Part shown: piece after piece, positions 1 through 9,697 of the stretch
How positions within the stretch are numbered: the first letter of the stretch is position 1
Layout of the letters: each line of letters begins with the position of its first letter
Assembly: GCA_040007095.1 (NCBI GenBank)
Contig: JBDTVS010000051.1
Span: 15,739 to 79,738 of the forward strand
From: Acidobacteriota bacterium
GTDB lineage: Bacteria; Acidobacteriota; Vicinamibacteria; Vicinamibacterales; CAVVIG01
DNA: 64,000 nt
Direction of reading: 5' to 3'
Notes under the pieces: generated by a model
The model's database searches: none
What the model was told of the DNA's origin: nothing
The model's input: only the letters and a program-made list of their open reading frames with translations
Position numbers and translations under genes: made by a program

Positions 1-87
1 CCCGATATTGTCCATGACGAGCTGATTGCGATCGGCCAGCTGCTGGGTGTCGACAATGTCGTATGTCCGCGAGGTGTGCATGCGCAT
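1..87 (-). CDS. fliA: Flagellar sigma factor FliA/sigma28, N-terminus only (runs off the window edge)
   Basis: Minus strand reads MRMHTSRTYDIVDTQQLADRNQLVMDNIG after an AGGA RBS. The 'RNQLVMDNIG' region fits FliA/WhiG, and it lies directly downstream of flhF. Confidence 0.65.
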   Translation of the reverse strand, partial: MRMHTSRTYDIVDTQQLADRNQLVMDNIG

Positions 88-95
88 CGGAATTC

Positions 96-1091
96 CTATG
101 ACGGGAGAGTGGTGGACGGCTTCGACTCCCCGAGGACGGAGGCGGCCAGGAGCTGCGCGGTTGCGCGGGTCAGGTCTTCAGGCACGTGCTGTCCCGTGCC
201 CAGATAAGAGATGGGCAGTTGCCGTTCGCGAAAGAGCCCGACCAGCGGCGACAGCGATCCGGCCTCATCGAGCTTGGTCAGCACCAGCCGCGTCGGCCGC
301 GCTTCTTCATACGCGTCGAAGATTCGCCGCGCCGAGGTGACTGACGTATCCGCCGCCAGCACCAGATGCGTGCGGACGTCGGCACGCCGGGCGAGCACCT
401 GGAGCAGGTCGCGCGCCGGACCGTCCTGCGGCGAACGGCCGGCCGTGTCGACCAGGACCGGCTGCCGTCGGCCGCCAGACAGCGCTTCCTCGAGGTCAGT
501 CGCGGTTCGAGCAATCTTGAACGGTGCGCCAATGATGTCGGCAAACATCCGCAGCTGCTCCACGGCGCCGATGCGAAATCCGTCGGCCGCCACCAGCCCA
601 AGCTTACGGCCGCGGCGGGCCCGCTCTTGTGCGGCAATTTTGGCAATCGTGGTCGTCTTGCCGACACCTGGCGGCCCGACAAAGACCTCGACCCGGGCGT
701 AGTCCTCATCGTCGGCCGCGAGCCCCGACAAACAGGAGGCAAGGGCGGCATTGAGGCTCTGCATCGAGGCGCCCCTGCGGCGCGAGGGGGCAAGCGTCCC
801 GGCCACTTCTTCGGCCAACGCGCGATCCAGGCCGGCAGCCGAGAGACGTGCCGCGACGGACTCGGGCCCCGCGACGCGTTCGCGCGGACGCTCGGCCGGC
901 TCGCGGCGCAGGAAAGACGGATCGCGCTCGACGCCGGCGGTCACCTCGATCTCGCGCAGGCCGAGCCAGCCGCGCCAGCCTTGAACCTGCACCAGTTTGG
1001 TGGATACGACGAGCGCGTCGGGTCCCAGCTCTTCACGGGCCGCGCGGAGGGCGTCACGAACGTTCGGGCTGCGATAACTCTTGAGGAACAT
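96..1091 (-). CDS. flhF: Flagellar SRP-family GTPase FlhF
   Basis: N-terminal 'AL..AREELGPDALVVST'; motifs GPPGVGKTTT, DGFRIGA, DTAGR, TKLDE and GTGQHVPEDL; follows flhA. Confidence 0.93.
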   Translation of the reverse strand: MFLKSYRSPNVRDALRAAREELGPDALVVSTKLVQVQGWRGWLGLREIEVTAGVERDPSFLRREPAERPRERVAGPESVAARLSAAGLDRALAEEVAGTLAPSRRRGASMQSLNAALASCLSGLAADDEDYARVEVFVGPPGVGKTTTIAKIAAQERARRGRKLGLVAADGFRIGAVEQLRMFADIIGAPFKIARTATDLEEALSGGRRQPVLVDTAGRSPQDGPARDLLQVLARRADVRTHLVLAADTSVTSARRIFDAYEEARPTRLVLTKLDEAGSLSPLVGLFRERQLPISYLGTGQHVPEDLTRATAQLLAASVLGESKPSTTLPS

Positions 1092-1092
1092 A

Positions 1093-3138
1093 TCAATCCA
1101 GTACCGCGACCGAGGCCAGCTGCAGGTGCGAAGGCACCTCGTTGTGCGATACGACGCCGAGATGCGGAAGCACTCTCGTCAGTAACCGCCACAGATGCGG
1201 ACGCAGTGTTGGTGTGCATAGGAGCACGGGTTGTGCCAACGCGCCGCCGAGGGCCTCGGCGACTCGCGTCGCCAATCGCTGAGCGTTGGTCGGGTCGAGC
1301 GCCAGCACCGACCCGTGTTCGGTTCGAACGATCGCGGAGACGAGCTGCGCCTCGAGCGACGGGGCGAGGCTGATCGTCGGCAGCTCGCCGCGCTCGTTCT
1401 GAAACGGCCGGCAAATCGACCGCCCCATGGCGGTGCGGACCGATTCCGTGATCGCCTCGGTGTCCTTGGAGGCGCCGGGCGTGCCGACCGCATCGCCGAT
1501 CGCCTCGAGAATCGTGGTGAGGTCGCGGATGGGCACACGCTCGCGGAGCAGCTGCCGCAGGACGCGCTGGATTTCTCCGATCGACACGAGCTTTGGTACG
1601 AGCTCTTCGATCAGCCTGGGTGACGTCTGGCCGACACGATCCACGAGCTCCTTGGTTTGCTGCCGGCCAAGGAGATCGGGCAGAAACGTTCGAATAGTCT
1701 CTGACAGGTGCGTCGACAGGGCTGTCGTCGGGTCGACCACGGTGTAGCCCGCCACGGTTGCCCCCTCACGACGGTCAGCCGTAATCCACCAGGCCGGGAG
1801 TCCGAAGGCTGGCTCGCGCGTCGAGACGCCTTCAACCGGCGTCGACACATTGCCCGGATTGATGGCGAGGAATCGATCCGGGTAAATCTCGCCGCGCGCC
1901 ACCTCGACGCCTTTGACCAGGATGGTGTAGGTCCGGGGACCGAGTTGGAGGTTGTCGGTGACGTGAACCGGCGGCACCACCACCCCTGTTTCGCTGCCAA
2001 TCTGGCGACGGGTCGAGCGGACCCGGCCAAGGAGCGTGCCGCCCTGCTTCTCGTCGGCAATCGACACGAGCGCGTACCCGATTTCCACGCTGAGCGGGTC
2101 GACCATGGCAGGCGTATCGCCGCCGTCGGAGGCCGGCAGCTCGGGGCTCGTCTCATCGACCGCGGCGGCGCCCTTCTCCCGATTGAGGTACGCCGCGCCG
2201 CCGAGGCACGCCGCCACGAACAGAAACGAGAGCTTCGGCAGACCAGGAATCAGCGCGAGCGCGACCAGCGAGCCCGCCGCAATGGTCAGTGGCCTGGCGC
2301 GCGCCAACAATTGCACCGCGATGTCCTCGCCGAGGTTCGACTCCGACGCGGCGCGCGTCGTGATCAGACCGCCGGACATCGAGACGAGCAGCGACGGAAT
2401 CGCCGTCACCAGTCCCTCGCCGACGGTCAGCAGCGAGTAGGTCTGCGCCGCGGTGCCAAGGTCGAGACCCTGCTGGAACACGCCGATGATCAGACCGGCG
2501 ACGATATTGACGCCGGTAATGAGCATCGCGGCCATCGCGTCGCGTTGGGTGAAGCGGACCGCGCCGTCCATCGACCCATAGAAGTCGGCCTCTTTCCGCA
2601 CCCGCTCGCGCCGGGTCCTCGCTTCGATCTCGTTGATGTGGCCGGCGTTCAGATCGGCATCGATCGCCATCTGGCGGCCGGGCATGGCGTCCAGGGTGAA
2701 GCGCGCCGTGACCTCCGAAATGCGGACGGCGCCGTGATTGATGACCATGAACTGGATCACGATCAGCACGAGAAACACGACGATGCCGACCACGTAGTTG
2801 CCGCCGACCACGAACTGGCCGAACGACATGATCACGTTGCCCGCGGCCTCCACGCCCTCCGACCCATGCATCAAGATGAGACGTGTCGACGCGACGTTCA
2901 ACGACAGTCGGATGAGCGTCAGCATCAGCAGCAGCGATGGAAAGACGGAGAATTCGACCGGGTTGCGGACGTAGAGCACGGTCAGCAGCAGCACCACCGA
3001 CAATCCGATGTCCGTGGCGAGCAGCACGTCGAGCACGAGCGGCGGCAGCGGCACCACCATCATCAGCACCACCGCGAGCGCGGCGGCGGGCGCCAGATAG
3101 TGGGCGCCTCTCGGAGGGGTTATCGCGGCGGTAGCCAT
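1093..3138 (-). CDS. flhA: Flagellar export gate protein FlhA
   Basis: FHIPEP motif 'RISEVTARFTLDAMPGRQMAIDADLNAG' and 'EADFYGSMDGA'; 681 aa. Confidence 0.98.
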   Translation of the reverse strand: MATAAITPPRGAHYLAPAAALAVVLMMVVPLPPLVLDVLLATDIGLSVVLLLTVLYVRNPVEFSVFPSLLLMLTLIRLSLNVASTRLILMHGSEGVEAAGNVIMSFGQFVVGGNYVVGIVVFLVLIVIQFMVINHGAVRISEVTARFTLDAMPGRQMAIDADLNAGHINEIEARTRRERVRKEADFYGSMDGAVRFTQRDAMAAMLITGVNIVAGLIIGVFQQGLDLGTAAQTYSLLTVGEGLVTAIPSLLVSMSGGLITTRAASESNLGEDIAVQLLARARPLTIAAGSLVALALIPGLPKLSFLFVAACLGGAAYLNREKGAAAVDETSPELPASDGGDTPAMVDPLSVEIGYALVSIADEKQGGTLLGRVRSTRRQIGSETGVVVPPVHVTDNLQLGPRTYTILVKGVEVARGEIYPDRFLAINPGNVSTPVEGVSTREPAFGLPAWWITADRREGATVAGYTVVDPTTALSTHLSETIRTFLPDLLGRQQTKELVDRVGQTSPRLIEELVPKLVSIGEIQRVLRQLLRERVPIRDLTTILEAIGDAVGTPGASKDTEAITESVRTAMGRSICRPFQNERGELPTISLAPSLEAQLVSAIVRTEHGSVLALDPTNAQRLATRVAEALGGALAQPVLLCTPTLRPHLWRLLTRVLPHLGVVSHNEVPSHLQLASVAVLD

Positions 3139-3157
3139 GAGCGTCAGTCCTTCACTG

Positions 3158-4228
3158 TCACAGCATCAACTGCTTGATGCGGATGAGATACCCGAGCACC
3201 TCGGCGACGGCGCCGAACAGCTCTGAGGGAATCGTGTCGCCAACCTCAGCCCCAGCATGCAGGGCGCGCGCCAGCGGGGGGTTTTCCATGATGGGCACGC
3301 CGTTCTTGCGTGCAATCTCGCGGATCTGCTTCGCCACCAGGTCTTTACCCTTGGCCACGACGATGGGGGCCGGACTCTTCTCGCGTCGGTATTCGAGCGC
3401 CACGGCATAGTGTGTGGGATTGGTGATGACGACCGTCGCGTGCGCGACGTCGCTCATCATCCGCTGCCGGCTCATGTCGCGTTGAATCCGGCGCACACGC
3501 TGTTTGGTTTCCGGGCTGCCTTCGGTCGAGCGCCCTTCGTCCCGAACCTCCTGCACGCTCATTTTGATCGACTTCATCAGCCGCCACCGCTGCAGCCCGT
3601 AGTCGCCGGCGCCGAGGACCAGCAGAGCGAAACCCGTCTGCCACAGCAGCCGCGAGGCGCCCTGCCAGCCGGCGCCCGCAGCGCCCACCGGCGACATGAA
3701 GGGAAAGCGCACTGAGGAAATCGCAAACGCCTTGGACGTCTGAAACGCGATCGTGCCGAGCACGCATACCGTCAGGACCATCTTGATCATGTCCAGCCCC
3801 GACTGCGATGGCGCCAGGCGCTTCAGTCCGTTGGCCGGGTTGAGGCGGGTCAAGTCGATCCGCAGGGCTTTGGGCGCAAAGTGCAGTCCCCCCTGCGCCG
3901 CGGCAGTCGCCACGCTGACCACAGCTGCCGCAATCGCAATCGGTCCGACCAGCAAGCCGATGAGCGCGCCGTGGTGGAACACCATCTGCGTCAGATCCTC
4001 GGGCTGAAGATCGCGACTCGCCATCAGGCTCAGGCCGCTCAAGGACTCCGACAGCGACGTGGCCAGGTGCTGAACCGTCGACGGTCCGAACCAGACGAGC
4101 ATGGCCGTCGCCGTCAGGGATGTGACCGCGACCGTCACGTCGCGGCTTCGCGCCGTCCGGCCTTCTTCCTTGGTCTCTTTGAGTTTCTTGGGTGTGGGTT
4201 TTTCTGTTTTATCGGATTGGTCGGCCAT
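3158..4228 (-). CDS. flhB: Flagellar export switch protein FlhB
   Basis: 'KTEKPTPKK' N-terminus and NPTH autocleavage motif. Confidence 0.97.
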   Translation of the reverse strand: MADQSDKTEKPTPKKLKETKEEGRTARSRDVTVAVTSLTATAMLVWFGPSTVQHLATSLSESLSGLSLMASRDLQPEDLTQMVFHHGALIGLLVGPIAIAAAVVSVATAAAQGGLHFAPKALRIDLTRLNPANGLKRLAPSQSGLDMIKMVLTVCVLGTIAFQTSKAFAISSVRFPFMSPVGAAGAGWQGASRLLWQTGFALLVLGAGDYGLQRWRLMKSIKMSVQEVRDEGRSTEGSPETKQRVRRIQRDMSRQRMMSDVAHATVVITNPTHYAVALEYRREKSPAPIVVAKGKDLVAKQIREIARKNGVPIMENPPLARALHAGAEVGDTIPSELFGAVAEVLGYLIRIKQLML

Positions 4229-4239
4229 GCTCGATCACC

Positions 4240-4998
4240 TCAGTGGAAGGCGCCGGCCATCTGCACGGCCGACCTGAGGACCGAACTGGCCGCGCCGGCC
4301 ACGACGCTTGCGACCGCGGGGATCATCACCGAGAGCATGATCAGACCGACCACGAGCCGTACGGGCGCGCCGGCCGCGTTCAGATTCAGCATGGGTGCGG
4401 AGCGTGCGAGCAATGCCATCGCGATCTCGACCAGCACCAGCACCAGCACGACCGGTGCCACCAGCCGCACGCCCAGCGTGAAGACGATGCCGAGCAGCCG
4501 GGCGATGCTTTGCGACAGTGCAGCGTCCACGCTGCCCATTCCGACGGGCAGGTCGATATAGGATTGGCGCAACGCGCGCAGCACGGCATGGTGACCGTCG
4601 ATCATCAGGAACGTCATCACCGCGATGTTGGCGAACAGCACCGACAGGAGAGGATTGCGCACGCCGCTCTGCGGGTCGACGGTCGCGCCGTACGACAGGC
4701 CCATCTGGTGGCCGGCCAGGTGACCGGCAAACTCGGCGCCCGCCACGAGGATTTGGACGCCCAGCGCGAGGGCCGCGCCGATCGCGATTTCGCGCACCAC
4801 GATCAGCACGAGCGGCAGCGAGTCAGTGATGGGCAGCGCTCCCACCGAAGGCATGAGCGCGATTCCGATGATCGCGGTCAGGCCGACCTTGATGCGAGCG
4901 GGGGCATAGTTCCCTCCGAAGCCTGGCGCCAGCATCATCACCATGCCCGGGCGCACGAGCAGGAGGCCGAACCGCATCACGGGGCTGAGCTCGATCAC
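4240..4998 (-). CDS. fliR: Flagellar export protein FliR
   Basis: Hydrophobic; 'AEFAGHLAGHQMGLSYGATVDP' and 'IDGHH'; probable GTG start overlaps the fliQ stop. Confidence 0.93.
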   Translation of the reverse strand: MIELSPVMRFGLLLVRPGMVMMLAPGFGGNYAPARIKVGLTAIIGIALMPSVGALPITDSLPLVLIVVREIAIGAALALGVQILVAGAEFAGHLAGHQMGLSYGATVDPQSGVRNPLLSVLFANIAVMTFLMIDGHHAVLRALRQSYIDLPVGMGSVDAALSQSIARLLGIVFTLGVRLVAPVVLVLVLVEIAMALLARSAPMLNLNAAGAPVRLVVGLIMLSVMIPAVASVVAGAASSVLRSAVQMAGAFH

Positions 4999-5264
4999 CG
5001 GATCAACTCGGGAAGGCGGGTGAAGAGCTGCTGGGTGAATCCGGACAGCACGCGCAGCATCCACGGAAAGCTCACCGCGAACACCACGAAGATGGCCGCG
5101 GCGCGCGGAATGAACGCCAGCACGTTGTCCTGGATCGACGTCACGGTTTGAAAGATGCTCACCAGGACTCCGGCGACCAGTCCGGCGATCAGCATGGGCA
5201 GCGACACCATCACCGCCACCTCGATGGCCTGACGGACGATGCCCACGACGAGGGCGTCAGACAT
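4995..5264 (-). CDS. fliQ: Flagellar export protein FliQ
   Basis: 'GVLVSIFQTVTSIQDNVLAFIPR'; 89 aa. Confidence 0.95.
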   Translation of the reverse strand: MSDALVVGIVRQAIEVAVMVSLPMLIAGLVAGVLVSIFQTVTSIQDNVLAFIPRAAAIFVVFAVSFPWMLRVLSGFTQQLFTRLPELIR

Positions 5265-5285
5265 GGGAAGTACCTCTTTTGGACA

Positions 5286-6026
5286 TCACGCGAAGCTCCT
5301 CACGAGAGACGAGACAATCAAGTTCCATCCATCCACCATCACAAACAGCAGCAGCTTGAAGGGCAGCGAAATCATCGCCGGCGGCAGCTGCATCATCCCC
5401 ATCGACAGCAGCGTCGTCGACACCACCAGGTCGATCAGCAGAAACGGAACGAACACAAAGAAGCCCATCTGAAATCCGGTCTTCAGCTCGGAAATGGCAT
5501 AAGCCGGCACGACGACCCGCATCGACAGGTCCGAAGGCTGGGAGGGACGCGGGCCGCCGCTGAGCTCCACGAAGAGCGCGAGGTCCTTCTGGCGGGTCTG
5601 TTTGAGCATGAAATCGCGCAAAGGCGGCGTGGCCAGGAGGATGGCATCGCCGACGCTGACCTTGCCCGCGATGGCCGGCTGGATGGCCTGCTCGTTGATG
5701 CGATCCGCGACAGGAGCCATCACGAAAACCGTGAGGAACAGCGTCAGACCGACCAGCACCTGGTTCGGCGGCATCTCCTGGGTGCCCATCGCCTGCCGCA
5801 GGAAGTGAAACACGATCACGATCCGCGTGAACGACGTCATGATCACCAGCACCGCTGGCAGGAACGACAGCAGCGTGAGGACGATGACGATTTGCAGCGG
5901 GGCCGACACGCTGCCGACGCCGTCGACGGCCAGCTTGAAATCCTGCTGTGCAGCGTGCAGGGGCACGGCGGCGAGGAGGAGGAGGAGCGCGGCGACCAGC
6001 GCGCCGACCAGGGTTCGCTTCGTCAC
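5286..6026 (-). CDS. fliP: Flagellar export protein FliP
   Basis: 'MTSFTRIVIV', 'PPNQVL' and 'MGMMQLPPAMISLPFKLLLFVMVDGW'. Confidence 0.97.
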   Translation of the reverse strand: MTKRTLVGALVAALLLLLAAVPLHAAQQDFKLAVDGVGSVSAPLQIVIVLTLLSFLPAVLVIMTSFTRIVIVFHFLRQAMGTQEMPPNQVLVGLTLFLTVFVMAPVADRINEQAIQPAIAGKVSVGDAILLATPPLRDFMLKQTRQKDLALFVELSGGPRPSQPSDLSMRVVVPAYAISELKTGFQMGFFVFVPFLLIDLVVSTTLLSMGMMQLPPAMISLPFKLLLFVMVDGWNLIVSSLVRSFA

Positions 6027-6307
6027 GAAACGCCCCCGTCCGACTTCGCCGGCGTCGGCGCCAGATCAGCGAGCAGCGACACCCCGCCGGTCGCGAGGCC
6101 CAGCAGCAGACGGCGACCCTCGACGGAGACAATCACCACCGACCGCCGATCGCCGAGCGAGACGGCCGTTTCCACCACGATGCTCGCCCGGGCGCCGCCG
6201 CCGCTGCGAAACATCCCGCGACGCAACGCCCAGACGAAGAACAACAGCAAGCCGATGACAAACACCAGGCTGGCAAACGTGCGGACAATGACAGCTGAGG
6301 TCATCAT
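6023..6307 (-). CDS. fliO: Flagellar protein FliO
   Basis: One transmembrane segment, then 'SLGDRRSVVIVSVEGRRLLLG'; lies between fliN and fliP. Confidence 0.88.
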   Translation of the reverse strand: MMTSAVIVRTFASLVFVIGLLLFFVWALRRGMFRSGGGARASIVVETAVSLGDRRSVVIVSVEGRRLLLGLATGGVSLLADLAPTPAKSDGGVS

Positions 6308-6567
6308 CAGCGGCCTCCCGATCCGATTGGGGGCGACACCGCCGTGACGCGGACGGCCGTGCTCTCGTCGACGATCACCGCTTCGCCGACGGCCACTGAC
6401 ACGCCGTGGACGCGCACGTCGAGGTCGGACCCGGCTATTTGATCGAGGCGGATCACGCTGAGGCGCTGCAGCTTCAGGCAGTCGCGAACCGTGATGCTGC
6501 CGGTCCCGAGGAAGACCTCCACAAGGCAGACGACATCCAGCATGCCGGCGAAGGGCTGTGCGGGCAT
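6307..6567 (-). CDS. fliN: C-ring protein FliN (SpoA domain)
   Basis: SpoA pattern 'VEVFLGTGSITVRDCLKL...VIRLDQ...LDVRVHG...GEAVIVDE..AVRVT'. Start is uncertain (6567 or 6621). Confidence 0.85.
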   Translation of the reverse strand: MPAQPFAGMLDVVCLVEVFLGTGSITVRDCLKLQRLSVIRLDQIAGSDLDVRVHGVSVAVGEAVIVDESTAVRVTAVSPPIGSGGR

Positions 6568-6586
6568 CAAGGCTTTCGGCGACGGC

Positions 6587-7084
6587 TCAGAACTGGACAA
6601 CAAAATCGGTGAAGAGGACATCGGTCACCTTGGTGTGTTCCAAAACTTCTTTCACGTGGTCGGCGATGGCCGTTTTGAGCTCGGCCTTGCCCTCGGGAGT
6701 GATCAGCTTGTCCGCGGTCTGCTGTGCCAGTAATTCCAGGACGCTCGACCGGATGCGAGCCAGCAGGACGTTGTTCTTTTGCGCCTTTTCCCCCTCCTCG
6801 GGCGACTCGACCACCAGTCGGACGCTGAGGCGCAGGAAACGGGAGCCGCCCGGATCCGCCAGGTTGACGGTGAACGGCTCGAGCGTGATGAGGCCGGATT
6901 CCGTCGCTTTGGCGACCACAGCGGCCTTCTCGCCGTTGGGCGCCGCTGGCGAGCGCATCACGTAGAAGGCGGCGGCCCCGCCGCCACCGAGGACGATCAG
7001 AGCGCCGATGATGAGCAGTTTGGTCTTGCCGCCCTTTTTGGTCGCGGCATCTTTGGAGGCGGCCGGGGTCGCTTTGTCAGTCAT
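6587..7084 (-). CDS. fliL: Flagellar basal body protein FliL
   Basis: Basic N-terminus plus transmembrane segment; 'LEPFTVNLAD', 'TPEGKAELK' and 'VLFTDFVVQ'. Confidence 0.93.
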   Translation of the reverse strand: MTDKATPAASKDAATKKGGKTKLLIIGALIVLGGGGAAAFYVMRSPAAPNGEKAAVVAKATESGLITLEPFTVNLADPGGSRFLRLSVRLVVESPEEGEKAQKNNVLLARIRSSVLELLAQQTADKLITPEGKAELKTAIADHVKEVLEHTKVTDVLFTDFVVQF

Positions 7085-7131
7085 GTTTGTGTGGGCGACC
7101 GGGAAAATTGGGCGGTCGCGCTGAATGACTG

Positions 7132-7147
7132 AGCAAGCAGGATGCCG
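7132..7147 (-). promoter_or_regulatory. Sigma54 (-24/-12) promoter for the fliL operon
   Basis: Minus strand CGGCATCCTGCTTGCT = GG-N10-GC with TTGCT, about 50 bp upstream of the fliL ATG. Confidence 0.65.
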
Positions 7148-7307
7148 AGCCCTCGGTTGTTTCGATGGAGCACCACCCGGCAGCGGGGGCCACGACAGAT
7201 CGGTGGGAATTGCCTGTGTTTCTCGCAGCAGGCGCCGCGGTTCCGGCGTGGACCCGTAGTCCGTCTCAGGCCGCAAGGGGGCTGGTCCGGACGGCTGGCC
7301 GGACGGC

Positions 7308-7323
7308 TGTCGGAGAGTCGACG
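7308..7323. promoter_or_regulatory. Putative enhancer-binding-protein site
   Basis: TGTCG-GAGAGT-CGACG, about 160 bp upstream of the fliL sigma54 promoter. The same motif occurs at 25337 and 25916. Confidence 0.45.
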
Positions 7324-7412
7324 TCGGAGCCGCTCGCGCCGAGTCGCCGGTTGGGACCAGGGCCTCGGAGTGGCGCAACTACCCCGATTGAAAACTCGGA
7401 GATCTCTACCTG

Positions 7413-7678
7413 TTAGCGTGCGGCGCCGTGGACGCGCGTCATCTCCCGCAATCCGGCATCGGCCTGAAGGCACACACGACCGAATGTCGCGAAGTCGACG
7501 CCGAGCCGCCGATCACTCCCCGGATCCATGGAGAAATTGAGGCCCTCCGCCCCCAGCCCGGTTTCGATGGTCTTGGCCACCACGTTCGCCAGGGCGACGG
7601 CATCGAGCACGACCGTCGGGTTCGTAAAGGGCGCCGAGTGGTGACGCCGGATCGCGTCGTGAGTGACTTTCCTGTCAT
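7413..7678 (-). pseudogene. Remnant of an HDOD-domain gene (C-terminal part)
   Basis: The frame ending at 7413 reads 'DAIRRHHSAP...VVLDAVALANVVAK...GLGAEGL', like an HDOD tail. The AAGGAG RBS and ATG at 7678 are in a different frame. Confidence 0.5.
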
Positions 7679-7699
7679 CCCGCTCCTTTCGGACCCGCC

Positions 7700-8779
7700 T
7701 CAGCTCGCCTTCGCCCTGGCGAGGCGATCGAAACACTCGAAGATCAGACCCGGCATCTGAAGGAGCGAGGCGACGTGGACGGCGGCTCCCCTGGCGATCG
7801 CCTCCTTCGGCATCCCGAACACCACGCACGATTCCTCCGCCTCGGCGATCGTCAGGGCGCCGGCGCGCCGCATCGCCAACATGCCGTCCGCCCCATCCGA
7901 TCCCATCCCCGTGAGGATCAACCCGACGATGGACATGCCTTGCAGCCGAGCCACCGACCCGAAGAGCACGTCCACGGCCGGACGTTGATAGTGCACGGCC
8001 GGCCCCTGGCTCAATCGCGTTCTCAATCGCAAGCCGTCCTGGTCCACGATCAGGTGATAGTCGCCCGGCGCGATGTACACCGTCCCGCGCTCGAGCGTCT
8101 CTCCGCCGGACGCCTCGACGACGTGCATGGCGCAGACCGAGTCGAGACGGGTCGCAAACGCCTTGGTGAAACCCGCGGGCATGTGCTGCACCACGACAAT
8201 CGGCGGCAGATCCGCCGGCAACCGCGTCAGCACCGTCTCGAGGGCTTGCGTACCGCCCGTCGAGGCGCCAATCGCCACCAAGCCGCGTGCCCGTCGTCCC
8301 GCATCGCCGCTGGGTCTGACGGGCGCGGCTGCCGATGTCGGGGCCGCGACGGCCGACCGCGTCAGCTTGACGGGAGGCGCCGCGCGCATCGCGCGGATTC
8401 GATGAATGAGCTTCTCGGTGACCTGACCGACCGAATGGGGACCGCCCGGCTTGGCGATCACGTCGATGGCGCCGATTCTCAGTGCCTCGACGCTCGCCGC
8501 CGATCCGGTCTGCGTCAGCGAGCTGACGACGATCGCGGGGACCGGGTGGTACTCCATGAGCCGCCGCAAAAAGCTCAAGCCGTCCATCCGCGGCATCTCG
8601 ATATCGAGCGTGATGAGATCCGGCTTGTACTGCAGGATCATGTCGCGCGCGACAAACGGATCCGCCGCGCCGCCGACGACCTGGATGTCGGGCTCCCGTC
8701 GAAGGGCATCGGCCAGCAGCTTTCGCACCACGGCGGAATCGTCGACGATGAGCACCCGCGTCGGCTTGCTAGCGGGCAT
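7700..8779 (-). CDS. cheB: Chemotaxis methylesterase CheB (REC + methylesterase)
   Basis: REC 'DIEMPRMDG'; motifs GASTGG, VQHMP, RPAVDVLF and LTGMGSDGA. Confidence 0.97.
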   Translation of the reverse strand: MPASKPTRVLIVDDSAVVRKLLADALRREPDIQVVGGAADPFVARDMILQYKPDLITLDIEMPRMDGLSFLRRLMEYHPVPAIVVSSLTQTGSAASVEALRIGAIDVIAKPGGPHSVGQVTEKLIHRIRAMRAAPPVKLTRSAVAAPTSAAAPVRPSGDAGRRARGLVAIGASTGGTQALETVLTRLPADLPPIVVVQHMPAGFTKAFATRLDSVCAMHVVEASGGETLERGTVYIAPGDYHLIVDQDGLRLRTRLSQGPAVHYQRPAVDVLFGSVARLQGMSIVGLILTGMGSDGADGMLAMRRAGALTIAEAEESCVVFGMPKEAIARGAAVHVASLLQMPGLIFECFDRLARAKAS

Positions 8780-9302
8780 CGGCGCGCTCCTGATTCGGCG
8801 GCGGTGCAATGCCCCCCTGAACCACGACCCGGATGGGCGCTTCGTCGATCGACAGGTAGAACAGCTCGGCGTCTTCCGACCGGTCGCCGCGCGGCGCTCC
8901 GCGGTGCACCTCGGGCGGCGTCAGACTGAACGCGTCGTGCCGTCTGGCCCGTGTCAGCCAGGTACCGCACATCATGTTCGACAGCTCGCCGATGAAGTCG
9001 ACGAGGTCGGTCTCGCCGATCTCTTCGGGTGTCTCCGCCCCGGAAAACGAGGCACACAGATGCCGGGCGAGCGGCTCGGGCACCGTGAGCTCTAACCGGC
9101 CGGCAACCGGGCCACTGAAGTGGACGCGCGCGCTCAGCCAATCGCTGCCTCCTTCGGTGAGCGGCGCCGTCGCCGCGGCCTCGAAGGCGGCCTGCTCGGA
9201 GGCGTCGGCGAACGCGAACAGGCTGTTTTCAGCGACATCGCTGATCGCGGCCAGAAGCGCGTCGCGATCTTCAACGGGCGACGGTGAGATCGGAGAGCAC
9301 AT
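8769..9302 (-). CDS. cheX: CheX/CheC-family phosphatase
   Basis: 'VHFSGPVAGRLEL' and the ExxN motif 'GELSNMMCG'; start uncertain. Confidence 0.75.
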   Translation of the reverse strand: MCSPISPSPVEDRDALLAAISDVAENSLFAFADASEQAAFEAAATAPLTEGGSDWLSARVHFSGPVAGRLELTVPEPLARHLCASFSGAETPEEIGETDLVDFIGELSNMMCGTWLTRARRHDAFSLTPPEVHRGAPRGDRSEDAELFYLSIDEAPIRVVVQGGIAPPPNQERADAR

Positions 9303-9687
9303 CACGCATGACCTCTGGGCGAAAGGGTTTTTCGACATAGAAACGCACGTCAAGTCGGTCGGCTTCATCCCGCCGCGCGACCGATCCGTCGGTCGAGATA
9401 ATCACCCGGACCATGTGCTGCCAGCGCTCGTGTCCGGCAATCTGCTGCAACAGTTCGATGCCCGTCATCACCGGCATGTTGATGTCGGTGAACAGCGCAT
9501 CCACGTGCTGTTGCTTCAGAACGGCGAGCGCCTGCTGGCCGTCGGCCGCTTCGAAGATCTGTCCGATTGGCAGGCCGGTCAGCCCCGCCGCCCGCTTGAT
9601 CATCGTCCGCATCATGGCCGAGTCGTCGACGATGAGGATGTTCAGCGCGGTGGGCGTCTCCGCATTCACGCTCGAGGGTTCAGTCAT
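9271..9687 (-). CDS. cheY: CheY-like response regulator
   Basis: 'ILIVDDSAMMR', 'TDINMPVMTG', 'IIST' and 'EKPF'; inside the che operon. Confidence 0.85.
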   Translation of the reverse strand: MTEPSSVNAETPTALNILIVDDSAMMRTMIKRAAGLTGLPIGQIFEAADGQQALAVLKQQHVDALFTDINMPVMTGIELLQQIAGHERWQHMVRVIISTDGSVARRDEADRLDVRFYVEKPFRPEVMRDVLSDLTVAR

Positions 9688-9697
9688 GGTGTCCGTC

